From Catajapyx aquilonaris (lineage: Eukaryota), in contig JYFJ02000499.1 in the NCBI GenBank assembly GCA_000934665.2, forward strand, positions 106,850-126,849: a DNA stretch of 20,000 bases. Reading direction: 5' to 3'. Below, in pieces: positions 1 to 9,887 of the stretch. Within the stretch, counting starts at the first letter, position 1. Each line of letters starts with the position of its first letter. Made by a program: the position numbers and the translations under genes. Below the pieces are notes generated by a model. The model had not been told where the DNA came from, did no database searches, and was given only the letters and a program-made list of their open reading frames with translations.

Positions 1-346
1 ATTTGCTGTGTTAGATGTTGCCATGTTTCAATGTGAATTTTCAGGGGGATTCAAGGGAATGTGAGGGACTCCAAGTGTGAGGAACATAATAATATTTAAT
101 TACATACACATATAATTATGACAAACTGAAATGTTTAGCTGTGAATGCTAAGTCATAATGTGTCACAACCATTTTATTCTGTAAAAATTATGTTTCATCT
201 GCAGCACCTGCACTATGAAAACACTATATTGAAGAAAGTACGCCTTAACATATAACCTTCGCTAGAGGTCGTACCGATGCTGCTTGTCACATGCTTGACA
301 CGTGAAAACACAATGGTGAATTGATCTGTAATTTTCCCCCCCACAG

Positions 347-391
347 GCGCAGGAGCCGCTGACAAGTCCAGGAACAAACGACTACGTATAA
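347..391 (+). CDS. Possible terminal coding exon of an upstream gene (AQEPLTSPGTNDYV* if phase 0)
   Basis: Strong acceptor attttcccccccacAG ends 346, followed by a GC-richer short reading frame and then long AT-rich UTR-like sequence; phase cannot be determined from this window. Confidence 0.35.
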   Translation, partial: AQEPLTSPGTNDYV

Positions 392-3300
392 CTAGGTGGC
401 CCAGGTAGCTGTATGAAGCGTGAATGATCACAAACTCAGCGTGTGAGCTCGAATCCAAGTGTGTGAGTGTGAGTGATAGCCTGGGTGACGATGACAGCTG
501 ACTTTGTTGGACTTGGTCCTCCTGTTCAAGAGGAGGGTTCTCCTAGAAGAAGAAAAAAAGCATTTTTGAGGGACGTGGCAGAGCGTGTGCGAACCAGGTT
601 GAGAAGAACGGGAGACAACAGAATAATATAGTTATTGGCGAGGCAAGCGAGCCAAAGGCTTCTTTGTTGTCTCTGCACACCAACACAAAAAAATGTATAG
701 TTGTAGGCTACTTGTCCAAAGTGATGTTTTGTACAAGTCGTGTTATTATTATTAATATTATTATAATTTTTTGTCAAAGGGCCTCCCTGCAGATAGGGAA
801 AACCTTGTTGTGATGATTCTACTGCGTTTTTTTTTCGAGAGTTGCGAGACGACTCGATGATAAAAAAATACGTCTTGAAGCAAAGCATTTTTTTGATGAA
901 AAACAGGACGCCAATCGTATCCCTCCAAAGTGTACTGCGCAGTTATTTTGTGTGTGCGGTGTTTGAACACATCGTACCCAAATGTAATGCAGCTTCCTGC
1001 TTCTGTAGGTTGGGACATATCACCAAGTCAGCAGCAAAATCGGGAGTGGTGTTTTTAAGTCAATGCAACAAAAAAATATATATATTAAAGGTTTGCTCCA
1101 TAGTTGGAAAAATTCCAGTTAGTATAGTCCAACAGCATGTGTGCCAAGGTTTTTTAATTAAATATTTCCTCACGATGTGAACAGGCGCGTCTGACTTAGG
1201 CTAGGATGACATTTCCCTGTAAGCCATTCACACATTGTATGATATCCCAAGAGATGTTTTTTGCTATAGTTAAGTAGAAGCAGCATGGATCTGAATTGCT
1301 CAAGTGTAGATGTTTAAAAGAAAACCACCCCTAACAACAACTTAAAAAGCAAAAAAAAAAATATATCCCTAATCCATTGTAAATACATTACCAGAGTTAT
1401 TTTTTAGTAATCATCCCCTTTTTCACACACTTGGCCATAAGTTATTGCTTGTCAAAGGAGCTTCACATCACCTTCATTTTGCTATCAGCTGCTGTCAAAA
1501 TCATTGTTTTTTTTTACAACTAATTTTTCTCGTGAATGGCTACTTGCGAGGTGCACCATTTTCAGTTACTCATAGTGCATTTCTTTTATCCGCTCAGTTG
1601 CGCCAATAATTATTTTCAAGGACGAGGTGCATCAAGGTGTCTCTCAGATGCTTGAAATATAACATTATTCAACTATCTTTCATACCCTTGGGCTTTTTGA
1701 AAAATAAAGTACGTACATAATATATGAATAGATAAATATATCTTATCTACCTGTCTTTAATACAATTTTTAAAGGGTTTAACGCAAGGGGAGTTCGCTGG
1801 AAAGTGGTAGCACGAAAATAAACAAAAAAAAAAGATTATTTACAATCTAGCAGTATTAGCTGACTTTAGAGGCTTGCGATAATTTTTGCTGAGCCTCATT
1901 GTACTGATGGGTGAACAAACAAAAAATAGCTGTCACTATAATTGTTCAAATGGATGAGGTAGGGGAGAAAAATCATTGAAGCCGGTCATAGAAGAAACTA
2001 ACGAACATGAGGAAACTAATGAGGGAAAGACAATGAAAGCTACTGTGATGAGCCAGTCTGGTGTGTGTGCAATTTGTAATAATTTTAATTTTGTGTCCTT
2101 TTTGTGGAGAGAGGGAGTCGAACCACATTACAAAAGAATTGAGTTTTCTTCTTCTTGGTTTAAACTTTTTGTCAAGTGCCAACTAATAATAACCTGAGTG
2201 TGACCACTTTTATGTGCAAAGTACACATTTGAAAAAGTTTTCTGGACGAGAGATCATCCTATTAACTCTTCTTTGGAAGAGAACATGTGCCATAAGTCAA
2301 ATCTGCTCTCTCCAGCTTTACGCAGCGATTTTCTTCGGATTTATTTCTTTGTAATGTGGTTTTTATTACAAGTGTGTTCAATTTTCTAGGTGAAAAAAGT
2401 CATGACAAGTCTACTCTGTAAGGGATGGAGATAATACAGTACCCGAGATACAGGAACATTTTATTAAGTGGATCGTTCGTAATAAAGTGCCCTTTGTCGA
2501 AAAAAGGTTAACGTAACCATATGTGCGGAGAATCCCAGCATTGCCTACATTAGTGCAATTCAGGTAGACTTGTCATGAACACGGCAAGCAAAACTACAAA
2601 AAAAAAAAATTTAACCGCATGTCATTCTAGAAAGTAGGCAGAATGTCACACAAAATGTCATACTTTTTCTACCAGGAATCAAACACACAATTATAATGTT
2701 CTCAGTCACATTCCAATGATAGGTGACAATTTTAATTTTTTTTTTGTCGTACAGAAAATTGTATAGAGAATACACTGTACGTGAATGGAATCTAAAAGTC
2801 AACGTGGGCGAATCCACCTGTTGACTTCGTGTATATACGAGTCTGTGTTTATATTGCTTCCAAAAAAAAACAAAAATAGCTCGTGTTTCCGGTGTAGTAG
2901 ATTGCCACGCAACTGACATTTAGTAGTCAGGTAGGGGACTCCTTTATTTACAATTTTTTTAGTGTTTTTTGAGAAACAAGAGTCGTTATGTCAGTGGTCG
3001 TATTTTGAAGTCTCATTGGCAGGCCCATATGGAGTGAAATTCAACAAGCCCTAATGACAAATGAGCTTGAAACTAAAGAAAACAACTGAGTTCCTAATTT
3101 TCGAATCTTGCATTTGTTCCGATACTTTTTGAGTTCACTTTCAATATATCTGCCATGTTGTTATTGTACAATGGTTGTCAATAAATATTATAAAGAAACT
3201 TGTGCTGTTGCATGTGAATAACCAACGAGTTTTCAGCCTTTGCCTTGGAGGACAAGCCTGCAACCTCTCAAGCACACCATTGACGTCAGCTCCTTTTTGA

Positions 3301-4582
3301 CCTTATTATGGATTCTTTAGTCGGATTTCAGCATTGATTTTCGGCATGGAATTTTCTGGAACTTCAGGCATTACGCAAGCAGCTCTCTCTTGATCTCCAG
3401 TGTCAGAGGAAATTTTAGACTATAACCGAGTTGAAGCTGAAAAGTTTTTTTTTATTGTTATTTTTAGGTGCTCCTTTCATCATTTTCCCATCAAGTCGAC
3501 TTATTGCAAATGCTGAGAAGGCCTAGTTTATTGAGATGGCATTATCCACATCCTTGATGGTGGTATTGTAAATCCCAGACATCTTCGACAAATAGGTGCA
3601 GCCACACTATGACCCAGGTTATCGCAGAAGAGATGATGTGAAAAGTAATTAAGCCTGTCTCTGACTCAGGCTGTACTTTTGTCACCCCAAACAATCAGCC
3701 AAATGATGATTACTGATTGCATGGTTCTACATGGCCAACTGGAATAGCGATGGTAAATTGGTAATGCAGCAAAATTCATTGCTGCTTGTATTGTAGTTTG
3801 TAGCAATACATTTTCACATGTTTCTGACTTATTTGCTGCTGTCAAAAGTTTGCTTCTTGCCTGCGCAAAGTAGCCCACAGGCCAGGGAACAAAGTTAATT
3901 GGCCAAAAGTTCTTCATGCTGTTGGCCTTTTATCACACTACATGTACCAACATTGGTAGAACGTTGGTTGGTTTATCTTGGAAGTAGGCCTACGTCAGCT
4001 GGTAATATACATATAACTTATATTAATGTTTTGCGGTTTACAGCGTATAGAACACACTGGAGTACATATGAGAATAGGTGCGTAAAACCAGCTTATTTGG
4101 TAGGTCTAATAAATTATGCTAAATTTAACTATCGTGCACCCCATATTGAAAATGCCGAGTAATAAAAAATCACTATTGACATCATATTCAATTTGCAGTT
4201 ATTTGTTGCTGTGGTCAGTACCCTACTTTTGCTCTACATGTCTGCTACATGTAAAAAATAAAACACTGATGCAGAATTTTATGAGCACTGTCAGAGATTA
4301 TTATCAAAAATCATTGCATAGTAGGCCTATAAATAATGCAGTAGCATGTCAACATGCATCATGTAAGCAACTGCATGTGCATGTTTTCCTCAATTTCATG
4401 CGCCGGATTAATTTTGACCTTTGACCCATCTGCCAACTGCGATAATTCAAATCTTTGGCTATACGCGATGCATATTTTCAGTACCTCATCCTGTACCCAC
4501 ATTTTAGTCTTTTAAACTTCCGATATTATGCCTACATTCTACCCCTTGGCATTTCCCGATAATAAAAAAAGCAATATTGTCG

Positions 4583-5641
4583 TTAAGAGTTAGGATTATT
4601 TTGCTGTGACTCGGTGAGCACAACTCTCCTTGAAGTCTGCACAACTTTGTTATTGTTATCTCTGCGGAAATACCTGGGAGCGAGAAACAGCGCTATAGTT
4701 TGGCCCAACAATGATGTGTTCATTATCCGGTTGTGTGGGTCCAATGAGCTCCCCCCCCCCCTCTGATTACTCTCGTTACGTCTTGTTTACTTGCTTCGGG
4801 CGAGTTGCTATTCGAAGCATCTTCCTCTCATCGTCAACAAAGCCTATAGCTGACAAAATACCCAGCACGTCACTCATGCTCCGTGCTGTTGACGCAGTTT
4901 TTTTTTGTGTATGTGTATGTGTGTGCTCACTTTTTAAATGACGTTCGTTAACTTTGCTCATGCCCCAACATAATATTCGGATTAAGTTTAATAACAATAC
5001 ACTTTTATCAGCATCAACATCAGCAGGTTGTGATTCATTATACCATACTACATCGACTCTGCTGGTGTCCCTGGAGAGGAAATGACATGACAGTGCTCTA
5101 TTATAATTATAGAACTGATTAGATTCGTAAGATATACTCTAGTACCGTACTGTCAATTTGTTGTCACACCTCGAATTCCTTTGCCCCACGTGATCGTAGT
5201 ACGTTTCAGTGAATAGCAAATGCTTATCTATTCCTAGTAAGAATCGCGCGATAATATCCCTATTGCAATCTTTTTTTTTCCCTGAAGCGCAGATCGGCCT
5301 TTGATCCGTGACTAACATGTAAACATCACATGCTGGGGGTTAACTGGGAAATAAATGCACCAATTCATTACTTAGCAAAGCTTTAAGCTGCTTAGTAAAA
5401 AAAAAGAAGCAGTTGGCTGCTTAGTAATATAAGCAACTTACTGTTAGTGCGAAACTATGTTTTGGACATGCCTCCTTCATATGTATGTTGTTATGGTCCG
5501 GTTGTATGCAAATTAGTGTAATTAACCTGCAATTGATTCAATTTGGTATTTTTCCCGGGCTGGGCCGGCAAATTGGGTGTGGTTAGTTGGCAGTAGCGCC
5601 GCATCGCTCCCACCGTGTCGCCACCATCGCCCACACAACAT
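4583..5641 (-). CDS. Putative 5-exon gene, protein of unknown function (about 192 aa): complement(join(4583-4673,4780-4849,4931-5070,5170-5332,5527-5641))
   Basis: Manual splice model with four GT-AG introns (194, 99, 81, 106 nt), phases 1,2,1,2 all matching, total 579 nt with no internal stop. Acceptors include catttcctctccAG, ttttgtcAG and tttctcgctcccAG; donors include A|GTGAGC. No homology recognised; exon 1 is the weakest part. Confidence 0.45.
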
Positions 5642-5861
5642 CGCCCACACTTCTTTAAAAAAACATCGATATTCCTACCCATAAGAAGACAACAGGAGAT
5701 CGATCCTTTCATGGTTCCAAAATATCGATATTTTTTGATATGGTGGGGAGAGGAGCAGCTTTTTTTCTTTTTTTTTTCCTTCCCTCGTCCCTCTTCCTCC
5801 CCACTTCCCTCCTTCCCATCATCGAATCCATTCCATTGTGATTTTGTGTAAATGGCCGACC
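5544..5861. promoter_or_regulatory. Probable housekeeping-type, possibly bidirectional promoter with DRE cluster
   Basis: Perfect DRE TATCGATA at 5723-5730 within the palindrome AAAATATCGATATTTT (5719-5734); CATCGATA at 5664-5671; GATCGATC at 5698-5705; TGGTATTTTT (Ohler motif 6-like) at 5544-5553; YY1/Pho-like AAATGGCC near 5850; locally CpG-rich. Confidence 0.6.
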
Positions 5862-6011
5862 TGTGCTGAAGAAAAGGGGGAAATATTCGCCTCTCTCGAC
5901 CCCCCACCCAAGAGACGGAGCCGGGATAGGAGGAGAGGAAACGCTGGAGCAGGACCAGGGGCAAACTAGGGGCAGGAGACATGGAGAGAAGCAGGAACTG
6001 GACGTAGCAGG
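5842..6011 (+). other. Candidate first (leader) exon of RAD54L2; 5' boundary approximate
   Basis: Purine/GC-rich segment right after the DRE cluster, ending at CAGG|GTGAGG (GT at 6012); the exon at 8516 has an acceptor and needs an upstream partner. Confidence 0.4.
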
Positions 6012-8254
6012 GTGAGGCTCACAACTAGTTGGTCCCCCCCAGTGGAATGCTGGGGATGGGCAGGAAAAACCATTGTTGGGGCAGCGCAGCAGGACAATGA
6101 GCAAATGCGCTGTCGCTAGTCGCAGTTGACATGTTCGGGTTAAGGTTCGCTGTCACGGTTTTGCTTCACAGGTCTTGTCAGGCGATAACAAGTCGAGGGT
6201 TGACACAAGAGTGACTTGCAAAGGGAAAGTAGTTGACCACTCATTGCAAGAAAGGGTGGGAGGAATAGGCTCTGCTTCGTGCTGTTCATTACCAAGGTTG
6301 CAGCATAATTATAGAACAAGATTTGTGAGAGGAAATCTCACATAAAAGTTTTTTTTCCGTAATGATGAGTGTGCAGAACTACGCAGTAGCAGACACAAGA
6401 TGCAAGGGTGAGTCTGGTCCACAAGTTCAATTTAATGTACGGAACGATCTGTTTCCATGGACATTCTCACAGAACAATATGAGTAAACGGTGCCAACAAA
6501 AAAAAGCAACAATGGAAGAAGCGATGTCGTCAGATCGTTCTGTCGTTTTCCGTACATTAGTGGCTGTCATTCCCATGGCTGTATATGTCATGCCTTGTTT
6601 GCTGCATAGGGTAAACTAAGACTAGCACTATTGCTTTGGTGTAGGCTGTAGGGCAATTTTATATTAAACACGCCTTTGTCAATAATAGCGAGACATGAAA
6701 AATTTCCGTTCTGGAATCTGATGCAAATTATTCCAACCTCGGACGTGTTTCTGCTGAATCCAGCGTCCATTCTGCGTAGGTTTTGTGAAATCGGCAATGA
6801 CAATACAACAATAGCTCATGATCCCCAATTTACGCTGGAAGTGTCATGGTTTTGATTTTCTGGCCGACTCTCAACCACTCTCAAGAGCGTGGCAACTAGT
6901 ACCTTCTAGTTATATCCGTAATTATTTTTTCTGAGTTTACGCAACATATAGCCACTGCGCCAGTGAGGCAATAAAAGATGTAATCAGGAGTTGCATATTG
7001 CATAGTTCTGCTGATCCACAAGAGGGTTAAAACGCAAGCTGCAGTGGTGCAATTGGTCATGAAAACAGTTTGAGAACTTGTTTGAAAAGTCACATGTGAT
7101 GAAAGCTCACTCTGGGGGAGAAACCTGATGGGTGGCCTTGAATATTCTGAAAATTGACTCACAAAATAAGGGCACTCTGACAATGGTGTGATGAATTGGG
7201 GCACAATTGAAGCCAGGCATTGTGGGAAGCTTGAAAGAAAATAATTTTAAAAATCTCTCTCATGTTATATCAAGGCCACCTGTTTACTTTCGGTGCAAAC
7301 AGGTGAACACTGACACTCTTACGGCATATCCACTTGGATGCTGGAAGTGAAGAAGACCTAGCCGTCACAAAATTGTCTATTGATTTGGCAAAATAATGGG
7401 CCGTTTTTATGATTCCGGTTGTATCTAGTAATAGAATTACTTCGTTGACGTTATTACTTTATTTTCTCACGGAGCTTTCAACTTGAAGTGGACCCAAATG
7501 AAGTCTCAGTTGGGTTTGCAATGTGAGTGCTTTTTCCTGGCTGAAAGTGTCAGCTTCGTAGTACTCACAATGGTTACTGTACAATTTAACACAAGCTTAA
7601 ACCACGGAATATATGAGCCCAACACATGAACAATTTACCCTACACATTGGGTAGGGCACTAGGCTGCTAGAAAAGACGTCTTATATCATGAAGACACCTT
7701 CAATGGTTGTTTTGAAAATATTTTAAAACATGTTTTATCTTGACCAACATTCGCAAATGAAGCATCCATATTGCAGCCTAAAGTGTTAATTGTTTTTAAA
7801 AACAGATTTGCATGACAATACAGACAGTTCTTTTCTGAAAACAAGTGGACCATACATTGGCATTTTAAAAAATATATATTTTTTTGTAGAAACGCTTGTT
7901 TAAAGCCCATGAAGAGGAAGTAGTTGGTTACGCCCAAAATAATTATAGGAGTGGTGATCATGAATCTGTCGGCTACAACTGTTTAAAATTATTCATTTGA
8001 ACTACCTTGAGGCTTATGCTTTACTTTGCATAGTCTCTGGTTGCTATTGAGTTGCCAATGTTGGAATCAGATAATTTTGTGTAGCTGTAGTGTTCACCTT
8101 GGTGTGAGCGGAAAGTATGTATTGATGCCTGGAGTGACCTTGACAGAATAATAAATTGTAATTGTATTGATTGGGCTATGCTTACAATATAGCAACTGGT
8201 TTATTACAGCAATATTATGAGCTGAGTCTTTTGGAACCTGCTGGGTTTGAGTTA

Positions 8255-8430
8255 CAGTGAAACCTCAATTCATGGTTTTTGTTAGGACCCCATGGAAAAA
8301 ACTAATCAATTAAGGAAAAATGATAATTGAGGGACACTATAGTAAGTAGAATTTGTTCTGGGACCTGAGGAATTGAACAATTGATCTAGGAAAACTATAC
8401 ATATAGGGATGATAGATTCAGGTTTCACTG
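8255..8430. mobile_element. 176-bp non-autonomous Tc1/mariner-superfamily (pogo/Tigger-like) MITE in the intron upstream of the first RAD54L2 coding exon
   Basis: Perfect 11-bp terminal inverted repeats CAGTGAAACCT (8255-8265) and AGGTTTCACTG (8420-8430), extending imperfectly; TA on the left, TG on the right (probable mutated TA target duplication). Confidence 0.75.
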
Positions 8431-8515
8431 TGATATTTTCATTTCACTATTTGATGATATCAAATTGTAATTATTATTTTATGATGTTTACATTTGTTCA
8501 CTTTTTGCATTTCAG

Positions 8516-8753
8516 GCCAAATACTGCCGAAATGGAGGCAAAGGTGGAATCAATCCTGGACCGTGCAGAGGTCCCGGAGTCAGTCTTGCAAGATCTACCC
8601 GAACTGACTTCACAGGATGTCAACGCAGAGATGGTGGATGATGGGGACTTGTCCGACTTTGACATGGATTTTAAACAAGAGGACACTGATGCAGACAAGA
8701 AGGGAAGCGAGGAAAGTGAAGTGATCTCATCTGAGGGGGAGGAAGAGGAGGAA

Positions 8754-8784
<31 letters not shown>

Positions 8785-9887
8785 TAGAGGAGGTAGAGGA
8801 GGCAGAGGAGGCAATAGAGGATGAGCCACCAGACAAGAAGGAATGGCCAGAAGAGAAGGATGTTGTAGAAAAGAAGGATGTACCAGAATTGAAGGATGTC
8901 CCAGAAAAGAAGGAGATACCAGACAATCTCCGAAAAACATTGAAGGGTAAGCGGAGTGTCGAGGTAACAACTGTAGAAGACGCAAAGAAGCGGAAGGTTG
9001 AAGCAGAGGTTTTGTCTGATAAAGAAGAGGAAAAAGATGATGAGAAGCCAGTCCTCTCAATTATTCCGTTGAACAAACCAAAGGAGGAGAAGAAGGAGAA
9101 GGAGAAAGAAAAGGAAAAGGAAAAGGACAAAGAAAAAGACAAGGAAAAAGAAAAGGAGAAAGAGGAGTCAGATGGTAATGAATCTGAGACTGAAAAGGCG
9201 AAAAAGTCAGCCAAGAAGAATCTGAGGCGTAACATTCGTGAAATATTCTCCGAGGACAAACTCGATGCACAGACACTGGCTGCACAGCGTGAGGAGCAGC
9301 AGCGTTTGGCACGTGTTCAAGAGCAGCAGCAGTTGATAAAGCAGGTGCTGCAGAAGTTTAAGTCTCGTGGGATTTCCATCTCCATCGCAAGTTCAGCACA
9401 GGGGCAGACAACAATGACACCAACTCCATCAATGGCGCAACCTTCTACGTCGAGCACAACAATGGCACATTTTCCTTCGATCCCTGGTCTGTCACAGATG
9501 CTGCAGAAATACAAGCCAGATTCAGATTCAGACAGCTCAGAGTCTGATTCTGACTCGGATGTTGTCCTAATATCAAGTGGAGATGAAGATGACAGCCCAT
9601 CAATCAAAACTGAACAAAAACCAATGTTACTAGGAGATCAGATCAAGAAGGAGATGTCAAGCAGTGAGGACGACGACGATGAAGACGACGACGACTGTGT
9701 CATGATATCTGAGAGTAGTGGTGAGGAGAATATAGAGGACGACCCCACCAATTCTGGAATGCACGTGAATGATACGTACAACACTCCTGATGAGCAGGGA
9801 CGAGTATTAGTCAACATGGGGCACCCACCGTGTGACCAGGACATTTACCTTTGTGAGCAGATGGCCAGGGCAGTTAAGCCTCATCAG
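8516..9887 (+). CDS. RAD54L2: RAD54L2 coding exon 1: acidic/charged low-complexity N-terminus (first ATG at 8532)
   Basis: Acceptor ttttgcatttcAG ends 8515; donor CAG|GTGAGT at 9888 (phase 0); exon ends ...ARAVKPHQ. Confidence 0.88.

Noticed and set aside
3371..3436. Minus-strand acceptor followed by LQLGYSLKFPLTLEIKRELLA*
   Set aside because: No supported partner exon or homology; too short to call
526..4424. Numerous 70-120 aa ORFs in AT-rich sequence
   Set aside because: Non-ATG starts, homopolymer runs, no domain signal or consistent splice chain; looks like UTR or intergenic DNA
5491..6104. Minus-strand ORFs of 163 aa and 131 aa across the promoter
   Set aside because: Low-complexity translations of pyrimidine/purine tracts with no recognisable domain
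7303..7522. Possible extra RAD54L2 leader exon (aaacAG ... AAT|GTGAGT)
   Set aside because: Splice-like signals only, with stops in all frames; cannot be supported without transcripts
8409..8515. ORF-track N-terminus MIDSGFTVIF...
   Set aside because: Intronic: begins inside a MITE and runs through the pyrimidine tract before the acceptor at 8515
8498..9844. Long minus-strand ORFs (253 aa, 129 aa and others)
   Set aside because: Antisense shadows of the purine-rich E/K/D low-complexity RAD54L2 exon, giving S/F-rich translations
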